Shown: piece by piece, positions 19,458 through 27,849 of the stretch | Layout: the number at the start of each line of letters is the position of its first letter | How positions within the stretch are numbered: the first letter of the stretch is position 1 | Source of the DNA: a virus | Taxonomy: Duplodnaviria; Caudoviricetes | Virus record (IMG/VR): IMGVR_UViG_3300042934_000841 | Coordinates: 1-62,493 of that record | Strand: one strand, 5' to 3' | Length of the DNA stretch: 62,493 bases | Made by a program: the position numbers and the translations under genes | The notes under the pieces: model-generated | What the model was told of the DNA's origin: nothing | The model's input: the letters and a program-made list of their open reading frames with translations, nothing else | The model's database searches: none

Positions 19458-19619
19458 TCAGCAGACCATCTGTGGAACACGGATACCAAGTTCAGCACAG
19501 ACCCGTTCCAGCTCCTTCTGCGCGGCTTGAAACTGAGCAACACGCTCGAGTGTCTTTTGCCGGGCATTGGGGTCAACTGGAAACGGAGCGAGGTCTGACA
19601 AGCGGACAGGACGAATCAT
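19458..19619 (-). CDS. Small hypothetical protein (53 aa)
   Basis: Start MIRPVRLSD; perfect AAGGAGG RBS. Confidence 0.7.
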   Translation of the reverse strand: MIRPVRLSDLAPFPVDPNARQKTLERVAQFQAAQKELERVCAELGIRVPQMVC

Positions 19620-19637
19620 CAGCGCCTCCTTGTAGGC

Positions 19638-19812
19638 GGGGACCGCTGAGTGTGGACAAGTATTGGCCCCGACGGGAGAAGCCCTTGTCACGAGGTAGAT
19701 AGCCCTCTCACACCCGCAGTCCCCTGTTCGGGAAATCGGGAGGAATCCCTGCCGCTACGTTTTTCAGCCTACAACCGTTTTAAGGATTGGATTCTGACGG
19801 CAGGGGTTCTTC
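19638..19812 (-). ncRNA. Candidate structured ncRNA or long 5' leader
   Basis: Two multi-stem domains; AAATAC and TATG promoter-like elements directly upstream. Confidence 0.5.
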
Positions 19813-19837
19813 ATACAGATGGGTGATCGGTATTTAT

Positions 19838-20311
19838 TTACGCCGGGGCATCTAAAGCAGGCTCAGCAGGTGTCTCTGCCTTGGCTGCTTCTCGGGCTTC
19901 CAACCAGCGATGGAACGTGTGGCACGTCGGACGGTCCATCATGCCACCGGGGCCTGTCAGACCATCGATGTCTTCGATGTAGTACATGCGCAGCGCTTGA
20001 CGCAACAGCTTGGCCACGGTGAAGGAACGGCAACGCCCTTCAGTGCAGTGGATGTACAGGTTGCGACCTTTGTTCTCTTCAAGGAAGGTCAGCATCTCAT
20101 CGAGCTGTTCTTCCTTGAGCCCATATCCTGCGTCGACGGCCCAATCACCGACGTCGAAGTCCATGCGCAACACGGTGTGCTTGCTGCTGATGTCGGGGCG
20201 GCTGTCGTAGCGGCCTTTGATCGAGATGATCAATGACGGCTCCTTGAGCTTAGCGACTTTGCTCCCTGGGATGTAAGTAACGAAGTTGTCAGGTATCTTG
20301 AGTTTATCCAC
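19838..20311 (-). CDS. Cys-dependent protein tyrosine/dual-specificity phosphatase-like protein
   Basis: YIHCTEGRCRS fits the HCxxGxxRS P-loop. Confidence 0.8.
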   Translation of the reverse strand: MDKLKIPDNFVTYIPGSKVAKLKEPSLIISIKGRYDSRPDISSKHTVLRMDFDVGDWAVDAGYGLKEEQLDEMLTFLEENKGRNLYIHCTEGRCRSFTVAKLLRQALRMYYIEDIDGLTGPGGMMDRPTCHTFHRWLEAREAAKAETPAEPALDAPA

Positions 20312-20322
20312 GGTTGAATCCC

Positions 20323-20859
20323 CTATGACACGTAATAAAGGGTGTTATGGTCTTCCAGTGCTTCAGTGATCGAGAGGATACCCTCTTTGAGCATCATGCC
20401 CTGGATCATACCAATGATGAGACATTGGCGTTGACAAGGGATGGTGACGGGGCTTTTCTCTTGTTGCGTGATCAGCTGTTGCGCTATGACCAGGATGGGC
20501 TCTACGGCCCCTTTGGCTGGATAGCTCTTTTGCCAAGCTTCCAATCGAACTTTGTAGCGGTGTGTCAAGTCCGTCAGGGCGTACTGCTCGTCTTTGATGG
20601 AGACAGGCAACTCGACCTTGGCGAACTGGCTTTCTTGCTTCTTGCGTCCCAATGCCGGTAAAGGCTGACCGGGGTGAACATCGCGCTTCTTCAAAGCCGC
20701 TACGAACGGATCACACGTGGATTTCGCCAGTTTCTGACCTTCTTCCAAACGGGTAAGGCTGCGAGACGATACCCCGATGCGTTTGGCGAAGTGAGCCCTG
20801 GACAATCCAGTGTAAGCGCGGTAGGCGATAATACGTGAAGAAAGGAGTGGTTGATCCAT
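20323..20859 (-). CDS. XRE-family HTH protein
   Basis: RAYTGLSRAHFAKRIGVSSRSLTRLEEG. Confidence 0.75.
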   Translation of the reverse strand: MDQPLLSSRIIAYRAYTGLSRAHFAKRIGVSSRSLTRLEEGQKLAKSTCDPFVAALKKRDVHPGQPLPALGRKKQESQFAKVELPVSIKDEQYALTDLTHRYKVRLEAWQKSYPAKGAVEPILVIAQQLITQQEKSPVTIPCQRQCLIIGMIQGMMLKEGILSITEALEDHNTLYYVS

Positions 20860-20927
20860 GTTGTGTTTTCTGCGTGCAGGTGCTGGTTAAGAAACAGGCA
20901 GGCCGAAGCCCACCTGCTCGTTGCTTA

Positions 20928-21452
20928 TTAACGAACGATGTAGGTCTCGTTCTTGAGGTTCAGGTAGTACAGCTCGCGGTATGCCGGTTCCGCGTGCACA
21001 TTCTTCATGAAGACATCGATCTCGACATCCCCACGATCACCGGCGTAGGACAACAAGGCCCCGAACACTGAGTTGCTCTTCATGATCGTTTCAAAGCGAT
21101 CAGTCAGTTCATCGGACATCGACGGATCGTTCTCGAGAAAGTCGGCCAAGGAATTGCCTAGCTCGTTAAGATCAGGCATGTCCAAGCGCTGCTCAACCAT
21201 CTCACGCAAAGCGAAGAACGCACGCTTCAACGTTTGACGCTGAGCGAACTCCTCGCCCATGGGCATCTCTTTAAACAGGTGCGTTGGGATCTGATCAAAG
21301 CCGCCGTATTCGCGCAGCAGTTGAGACAGTACCAACGCACTCATCTCCCCTTGCTTCTTGCCTTCCTCAAGGCCTTTAGCGAACGATTTATCGTAGCCTG
21401 ACTTGTAGCCAAGCGCGTAACCCAGTTTCATTGCCCAGTTGCGCCAATTCAT
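20928..21452 (-). CDS. Hypothetical protein with N-terminal Gxxx repeats
   Basis: 174 aa; GYALGYKSGY...GLEEGKKQG; ATGA overlap; GAGG RBS. Confidence 0.7.
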   Translation of the reverse strand: MNWRNWAMKLGYALGYKSGYDKSFAKGLEEGKKQGEMSALVLSQLLREYGGFDQIPTHLFKEMPMGEEFAQRQTLKRAFFALREMVEQRLDMPDLNELGNSLADFLENDPSMSDELTDRFETIMKSNSVFGALLSYAGDRGDVEIDVFMKNVHAEPAYRELYYLNLKNETYIVR

Positions 21453-22558
21453 GCAGCCACCTCAGTACGTTCAATAACAACCAGCGGAGTCGTATCTTCG
21501 CTCTTAAGATAGATGTAGCTGGAGCTATCGTAGATGTCCACTTGGAACACCGCGGTGAATGGAATCTTCAACTCAGTGACCTTGTTCAAGAACTTCTGGT
21601 ACTGCGCAGGACTGGAACAGAACTGCTTGGCGATGTCCTGAGCCGTTACATTGTGCCAGCGCTCATCAGGGTCACGGGTGTGGTCGTCCCGGCTTGGCAA
21701 CGTGCCCATGATCTTGCGAGGCTTAAGGTCACCCGCTTTGTCCTTGAGCGCGTAGAAGAACTCCCCGGCTTGAGTGTTCAGCTCGTGGTGATCGGTGGCC
21801 AGTTTGGTGTTCATGTGAATCGCCATGCCATCCCGTCGCAGGAACGGCCAGTGCTTGGTAATGTGATCGAAGTACTGCAACACCAGTTCAGACGCATCCG
21901 AGATGATGTAGTCGTGACCCGAGTCCGGCATCAGCGTACGCAATGGGACAGTCATCCCGTCGATGATGAAGTAGCCCACCTCGTGACCGACCTTGAAGAA
22001 GCCGGTGATTCCGTAGATGTGCTGTTGCTTCATGCGCTCGGCCATGCCTTGGCAATAGCGGAAGGCTCGGAACGTGGTGGTCTCTTTACCGCAGCGCAGG
22101 ATGCGTGGGGCGAGCACACTGTCCACCATGTGACGACTGCCCAGATGCGGGGACCACAGGCTGTCTGCCAAATCCTTGATCCGACCCCGCAAGCCTTTGA
22201 CATTGGAGTTGTGCGGGCGCTTCAGAAGCGTCAGGTTGTACGCTTCGCCTACCCGTGTGGCAAACTCGACGACCTTCTCTTCAAAGCCGTAAGAACGGTT
22301 ATGCGGACCCTCACCTACCAGACGGATGTTGAAGTGCACGCACAGGGTATCCCCTGACTTATCGCGGTACTCCAGTTCCAGGTTCGGCAGGTCAATGGCT
22401 TTCATGGGCCAGTTGGCAGGGTTGTACGTGCTGCGCACTGTACGCATTTCCACCTTCATGCTCGGGACGGGCATGGTCTGTACTTCACCGTTTACAACAT
22501 CATCACGGAACAACATAGGGACTCTCCTATCAACTAAACACCTAGCCACTATTGGCAT
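21449..22558 (-). CDS. Hypothetical protein
   Basis: 369 aa; downstream of a TACATTAT motif. Confidence 0.75.
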   Translation of the reverse strand: MPIVARCLVDRRVPMLFRDDVVNGEVQTMPVPSMKVEMRTVRSTYNPANWPMKAIDLPNLELEYRDKSGDTLCVHFNIRLVGEGPHNRSYGFEEKVVEFATRVGEAYNLTLLKRPHNSNVKGLRGRIKDLADSLWSPHLGSRHMVDSVLAPRILRCGKETTTFRAFRYCQGMAERMKQQHIYGITGFFKVGHEVGYFIIDGMTVPLRTLMPDSGHDYIISDASELVLQYFDHITKHWPFLRRDGMAIHMNTKLATDHHELNTQAGEFFYALKDKAGDLKPRKIMGTLPSRDDHTRDPDERWHNVTAQDIAKQFCSSPAQYQKFLNKVTELKIPFTAVFQVDIYDSSSYIYLKSEDTTPLVVIERTEVAA

Positions 22559-22595
22559 CCTGGTGTGGGCGATAAACGATCGGCTTATCCTCTAG

Positions 22596-22603
22596 ATAAT
22601 GTA
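22596..22603 (-). promoter_or_regulatory. Putative early promoter TACATTAT
   Basis: Recurrent intergenic motif with an AT-rich upstream element. Confidence 0.65.
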
Positions 22604-22620
22604 CGGCCATAATAAATTAA

Positions 22621-22655
22621 GACTAGGACAGGGTCTCCCCTGTCCTAGTCTATGC
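22621..22655. terminator. Terminator
   Basis: GACTAGGACAGGG-TCTC-CCCTGTCCTAGTC followed by TATGC. Confidence 0.8.
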
Positions 22656-23855
22656 TCACACTTCGGTTTCGTTGCGGTCTGGCAAGTTCAGCTCTTGCAC
22701 AATCCCGTTGGCCCATGCAGAGAACTTGGTCTTGAACTCTTCCATGTACTCCAGTGGGATACGGGCTGAACGCGAGGCACAGTCCCAACCATTGATTGCT
22801 ACCTGCTCAACCTTGAACGTCTTGCGCTCACGAGCCCAGTGATCCTTTTTGAGCTTCTCAACGAGCTTGTCGTAGGACCAGCAGTCGCTGTGATCGGTGT
22901 AGATCGACACGTCACCGAACGAGCAGGGAATGACCACCCCTTTGATGTTGTCTCGGCGGTTGTAGTTCTGGCACAGGTTGAAGAGCTTGCTCAGGATCGC
23001 ATGCTTGTCCTCCTCGTGTACCCATTCAAAGCGGTTAACGACAGAGTCCACGACCTGCTGCCACGTCTCGTGGGCGTACTCGTAATCCACGAAGACCAGT
23101 TCCAAGGGTTCGCAGATATGATCCAACACGGCGTGCCAAAACTCCTCGTGGTGCACCAGACTGATATTCCCACTGTGGCACTCGAGCATGTGGAATGCAG
23201 ACGCCGAGTTCACGTTCATGGTGTGGACGTGACTGAACATGACGTGGGGCGACATCGCCTGGGTGATGAACCAGTACTTGTTCGGCGACCAAATGGTCAC
23301 GTCGATGGACTTGATGCGATAACGATGCTCAGCATCAAACGCCGGGTCCGTGTACTGGATGTCCGCTTTGCGCAGCGATTCACCATTGACCTTGATCTCC
23401 ACCGAACACCCTTGATGCTCCATCTGGTAGATGTTCTGGTCGACTTCGCTTGAAGCAAAGAGCGTGTAGGGGTAGGTCTTTTCAAACAACCGGGACAGGC
23501 GGCGGGTGAGCAGTTCTCGATAGGGGTCGCCTTGGTCAGTACGGGGTGCTTCACGGAAATCGCGCCGTACTGCCAGATCCTTAAGCTGAGCCGCTCGCTC
23601 TTCTTCCAACCCCAGCACTTTGGCACTAGCCGCAGCTGCCCGACACGCTGGACCCTGACCATCCATAACGAGGTTACTGTGCATGTCCATCAGTGGACGG
23701 CTGTACATTTGCATGTGCATGGCCAACTGTTCGAAGCTCTGTTTGAGCATAGGGGGCAATGCTGGGTTATTGGCGATGTCTCGGAAGAATTGCTCTTGCT
23801 GCATTTGACCGTAGGCCAGTTGCAGGACAGGGTTGAAGTGGTGGTCCTGATACAT
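22656..23855 (-). CDS. Hypothetical protein
   Basis: 399 aa; GGAAGG RBS. Confidence 0.75.
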   Translation of the reverse strand: MYQDHHFNPVLQLAYGQMQQEQFFRDIANNPALPPMLKQSFEQLAMHMQMYSRPLMDMHSNLVMDGQGPACRAAAASAKVLGLEEERAAQLKDLAVRRDFREAPRTDQGDPYRELLTRRLSRLFEKTYPYTLFASSEVDQNIYQMEHQGCSVEIKVNGESLRKADIQYTDPAFDAEHRYRIKSIDVTIWSPNKYWFITQAMSPHVMFSHVHTMNVNSASAFHMLECHSGNISLVHHEEFWHAVLDHICEPLELVFVDYEYAHETWQQVVDSVVNRFEWVHEEDKHAILSKLFNLCQNYNRRDNIKGVVIPCSFGDVSIYTDHSDCWSYDKLVEKLKKDHWARERKTFKVEQVAINGWDCASRSARIPLEYMEEFKTKFSAWANGIVQELNLPDRNETEV

Positions 23856-23858
23856 GGG

Positions 23859-24299
23859 TTACCTTCCTAATACGACAACGAACTCACGCGGATGATCATC
23901 GAACAACCGCTTGTAGACGTGCCGGATATCTGAATAATAGTTAAGGCCGCCATTGCCACAGCCAAAGGGAGGCAGTGCAATGACACCAAATTGGGGTTTG
24001 TCCCGACTGATGTCAGCCAGTTTCTCAAGGTTTGCAATCACCAGATCCCGAGGGGAGTCATCCCGCCAGTCAATCTTGGTGGGGATCATCAAATGCACTT
24101 CACCGTTGGAATTGAACACGATGAACTGGTTCGGGGTAATCTGGGTGTACATCTTCTTGTAATGCTTGTACCAGCCTGGCACACGGTTACGGAACTCCTT
24201 GGCTACGCCAGCACCTGCGGCACCGACCAAGTTAATGGTACAGATGCGGGTGTTAGCAGGGACTTCAAGGATGTCCTCATACACCTCTCTCATCGACAT
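23859..24299 (-). CDS. Macrodomain (Poa1p/DarG-like) ADP-ribose-processing protein
   Basis: TINLVGAAGAGVAKEF, PTKIDWRDDS and ALPPFGCGNGGL motifs. Confidence 0.85.
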   Translation of the reverse strand: MSMREVYEDILEVPANTRICTINLVGAAGAGVAKEFRNRVPGWYKHYKKMYTQITPNQFIVFNSNGEVHLMIPTKIDWRDDSPRDLVIANLEKLADISRDKPQFGVIALPPFGCGNGGLNYYSDIRHVYKRLFDDHPREFVVVLGR

Positions 24300-24319
24300 T
24301 TTTATACCACCCGAATAAA

Positions 24320-24343
24320 GAGCTGTGCCCGAAGGCACAGCTC
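24320..24343 (-). terminator. Terminator
   Basis: GAGCTGTGCC-CGAA-GGCACAGCTC (UUCG loop on the minus strand) plus T-rich tail. Confidence 0.8.
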
Positions 24344-24356
24344 GAGGGATCGCCAG

Positions 24357-24885
24357 TTACCGCTTATTACGCTGTGTAGCAGGACGGTGGCGCACTGGAA
24401 TCTTCTGCCGCAGTGGGTTCATTGCAGCTTCAGCTTCTTCGGCTTCCTTGGTCGCTAACTTGTCACAGCGCTTAAGCAGCTTGTCGCACTTGTCGCGGGG
24501 CAACATGAGGAACGCATCGAACGTGGTGCCGGTGTACTTGAGCACGTTCGCATTCAAGTACTTATCCAGCTCACGGTCGAAGGGGTCCACAATCGACAGG
24601 TCTTCAGCTTCATGCAGGGACGAGATGGAAAACATCGTGTCCCCGATGGTGCTGCTAGCTTCAATGCCCATCTCCTCATCGTAGATCTCATTGGTGACGA
24701 TCTGGGCAGCGATGCTGCCGATGGGGTTCTGGGCCTCGCTCAGCACTTTGTCAATCAGGGGCAGGTAGCCCTTCTGAAAGAGGTGAAGACCGAACTGACG
24801 ATCACCGACGTGGAAACCACGTTCTATGCTTCGTCCGCCGCGTCCTCGATCCCCTTGATCTTCAGACCGGCTAGGGTAAAAAAAA
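24357..24885 (-). CDS. C-terminal extension ORF (gp76-like), probably reached by -1 frameshift
   Basis: Frame is open back to the T8 run at 24878-24885; the GTG at 24746 lacks a clear SD. Confidence 0.65.
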
Positions 24886-26476
24886 CGTAGCCAATGTCCA
24901 GAGGAATGAGGTGAGGGTGCTTGGTCAGGTCTTCAGCCGGTTCTTTCTGGCACTTCGGGCACGGCGACTTCGGCAGACCGATGACGGTTACCGAACAGGC
25001 GTCGATCCACTTCATGATGCTGTCATCCAGCAACTTGAGGGCCGACTTGTCACCCGAGATGACTTCCAGCGCTTCGTCCTTCTTGACGGGATCGTCGACG
25101 ACGTTCGGGTCCAGGCCTTCCTGCGTTTGGATCTCGACACGCTCGATCCAGTGGCTGTATTGACGCAGGCTGGTCATCATGCTGGAACGCACGATGTGGC
25201 GATAGCGGTCCACTTCCGTCAGCTTCAGGCCGAAGGCACGGTTGGTCGCATCGGCAATGCCGTCGACCCAGCGATAGCCCGCATCGATCTGGTCAGCCAG
25301 CGTCGGCACAGCCAGGAAGGCGGTGACGGACTTGTTCAACTTGATCGAACGGTTGTCGAACGGGAACTCGGCTTGGTATTCAGCCAGGCCTGCACGGTCC
25401 AGTTTCGCTGTACGCGAAGCCATCATGCGCTTTTGCTTCGGCGTCAGGCGGTCACGGTCGGTGTACGACAGGCGAGCGATCGAGAGGATGGTCTCGTCGA
25501 GGTAGTCGCACTTGAGCGGGTTGGCCACGCATGGTTGACGGAACGGGTAGCCGTCCGGGTACATGGCAGTCAACAGGCCGTACATCAGCTGCGGGAAGTC
25601 GGTGGACTTGATGATGCTCAGCAGCTCTTGCGTGTGATCGACGGTGTCGAACTCGTAGGTCACCGCGTACATGTGATCCAGCGCGAACTTGGCATACGCG
25701 GCAGTGGTGTACACTTCGGTGTTGGAGAACGCCATGCCGTTGGAGTAACGGCCCAGGGTGGCCTTTTCCATGCGGATCTGCTGATCGAGGTCCAGCAGTT
25801 CAGCGTTGGACGGTGCGCGCAGGGTGATCCAGATGCCGGTGTGCCACAGCGGGACCTGCACCAGTGCACCTTGGCCCAGCGAGTTACGGATCTGAATGAT
25901 CGGGTCAGCGACGCGGTCGAGTTTCACACGGCGGGTGCTCAGCTCGGTGTCGTTGTGCAGGACAGACTGCTGCCAGTCGCCCTTGGTGAAGCTTTGGCCG
26001 AAGTACGAGGTCTGCCAGATCGGCGAGAGGGACCGTACGATGTTGACCAGACGACGCTCGGAGGCGCTCATCTTCTCGGCTTGCTCTTCGGTGATCTCGG
26101 TCAGGCCATGGGCCTCGAGGATCGCTTCTGCTTCTTCAATGCCCACACGCATGGCCGCCAAAGCCGTGCCCACTTTGGACAGGTCTTTCTTGATGGTAGG
26201 CGGTGAAGCCATGGTTACGTGCTTGTTGGGAGTAAAGAAGTCTTCCCACATGCTTTCATCGATCTGAGCTTCAGCATCAGCCTTCAGGTCGACGTTGTCA
26301 GCTGCTTCGTCGGTGGCCATGGCAAAGGCGTCTTCCAGCGATGCAGGTTGTTGTTCAGGTGTTACGGCGCCACTGATACGGGAAGCAAGGGATTGCTCTT
26401 CGGACTGAACGGGGTTCAGCTCGATATCAATCTCATCCATGCCACCGTCGCCAGCGGGTTGTTGTTCATCAGCCAT
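24824..26476 (-). CDS. gp77-like protein, putative baseplate-hub/tail assembly chaperone
   Basis: 550 aa; GIWITLRAPS, C..C and CPKC motifs; ends GYVFFTLA over a slippery site. Confidence 0.7.
   Translation of the reverse strand: MADEQQPAGDGGMDEIDIELNPVQSEEQSLASRISGAVTPEQQPASLEDAFAMATDEAADNVDLKADAEAQIDESMWEDFFTPNKHVTMASPPTIKKDLSKVGTALAAMRVGIEEAEAILEAHGLTEITEEQAEKMSASERRLVNIVRSLSPIWQTSYFGQSFTKGDWQQSVLHNDTELSTRRVKLDRVADPIIQIRNSLGQGALVQVPLWHTGIWITLRAPSNAELLDLDQQIRMEKATLGRYSNGMAFSNTEVYTTAAYAKFALDHMYAVTYEFDTVDHTQELLSIIKSTDFPQLMYGLLTAMYPDGYPFRQPCVANPLKCDYLDETILSIARLSYTDRDRLTPKQKRMMASRTAKLDRAGLAEYQAEFPFDNRSIKLNKSVTAFLAVPTLADQIDAGYRWVDGIADATNRAFGLKLTEVDRYRHIVRSSMMTSLRQYSHWIERVEIQTQEGLDPNVVDDPVKKDEALEVISGDKSALKLLDDSIMKWIDACSVTVIGLPKSPCPKCQKEPAEDLTKHPHLIPLDIGYVFFTLAGLKIKGIEDAADEA
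24878..24885 (-). other. Slippery site G TTT TTT TT (T TTT TTT heptamer)
   Basis: Run of eight T in codons GTT TTT TTT, in a gene that otherwise strongly prefers TTC for Phe. Confidence 0.7.
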
Positions 26477-26525
26477 TATTGACTTCCTTTGACCACGGGT
26501 TGACTTACTTTGATATGACTGATGA

Positions 26526-26927
26526 TCAGACTTGTTGCTGCTGTTGTTCAGCAGCGATGATCTGGTCGTTCAGAATGCTGGTCAGCTCGACAGCGGCTGG
26601 ACCCATGACGCCATGAATGTCTTCGATGATGCCAATATAACGGCCACCCACATCCATGGCCTGGCTATAGTGGCTCAGGCGTTTTGGCACAGCTGGCCAC
26701 TTCGCGTGCTTGGTTTCGATTTGTTGGATCTGGTCGGTGAACTCGCGAGTATCACGGGTGATCACTTCAACGAGTTCTTCGACTTTGGCTTTGACTTCGG
26801 GATCAGCGATGTTGGCTTCTTTGGCCACCAGCGCTTGTCGACCGAAACGAGCAAGCAGTTCTTTGGAGGAGAGATTGAGGGCCTTGACATCGTCGAAGGC
26901 CTTACGATTTGAATTGGACATTTTCAT
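26526..26927 (-). CDS. Helical hypothetical protein (gp78-like)
   Basis: 133 aa; AAGGA RBS; poly-Q end. Confidence 0.7.
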   Translation of the reverse strand: MKMSNSNRKAFDDVKALNLSSKELLARFGRQALVAKEANIADPEVKAKVEELVEVITRDTREFTDQIQQIETKHAKWPAVPKRLSHYSQAMDVGGRYIGIIEDIHGVMGPAAVELTSILNDQIIAAEQQQQQV

Positions 26928-27018
26928 GTTCCTTTTAAATTAATAACCTTGACGGCCAATGATTTGTATTTCACCCATAGTAGGTCGGGTAAACTTTTTA
27001 TTTTAAGTCGGGGCAACC

Positions 27019-27849
27019 ATGTTTGAAGATCTGGATAAAATCGTTAAAGGTCAAGTTGAACCGACCATGTGGACGGGCATCAGTGCGCTGGTAGAGGCCT
27101 TCGAATTGCACAAGGCGACCCTGTGGAAAGAACAGGTCACCAACTTGGTGATGATCGGGGATAACGAAGAAGCTTCGACCTTGGTGGACCGTGTGTTGGG
27201 TATCCTGTACGGGCAAGCCGAAGCGCTGTTTCAACAGATGCTGATCCGGGTAGAGCTGGAAGATCTGCGGGTCGGTAAGTTGGCTGAACTGGTGGAAGCC
27301 TTGGCCTTCGAACCCAACGATCAAGACGGTGAGATCTTGGCGGCGATGATGGCGTCTGAAGATGCCGTTGAAGCGCTCTGTGATGCGGTCGCGATCAAGA
27401 CTGGCATGGAGGGTGTGGAATGGATGGAGTTCATTCAAGAAGTCTCCCCGTTCACCATCGAAGCCCTGACCAAAGTTGTTAACCGTTCGGTCGAGCGTCA
27501 ACAGGTCACCCAAGAAGATGTTCAAGTCATCTTGGGCCGTGTGAACAAGTACACCACCCTCATTCCAGCAGGCACCTCGATTGCCATGGAAGCGTTGGGC
27601 ACCGGTGTTCAACCCGGCACTTCCATGTCCACACTGGTCGATAAGTACAAAGACCGTATGGATGTGGCCAACCATGAAGCTGTCGTGGATCACATGATCT
27701 CACTGGCACTGTTATCAAACACCCCACCAGACTGCGTTGAAGAGGAAGTTCAGTTCTTCCTTGAGCAAGTCTACCCTGATCTGTTCGACATGCAAAAGGC
27801 CAACAAGATCCTGACCAAACGGCTGGGTGCGTTAGCTGAGGAGTTCTAA
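27019..27849 (+). CDS. Conserved acidic helical protein (gp79-like)
   Basis: 276 aa; abuts the vRNAP gene; synteny. Confidence 0.7.
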   Translation: MFEDLDKIVKGQVEPTMWTGISALVEAFELHKATLWKEQVTNLVMIGDNEEASTLVDRVLGILYGQAEALFQQMLIRVELEDLRVGKLAELVEALAFEPNDQDGEILAAMMASEDAVEALCDAVAIKTGMEGVEWMEFIQEVSPFTIEALTKVVNRSVERQQVTQEDVQVILGRVNKYTTLIPAGTSIAMEALGTGVQPGTSMSTLVDKYKDRMDVANHEAVVDHMISLALLSNTPPDCVEEEVQFFLEQVYPDLFDMQKANKILTKRLGALAEEF

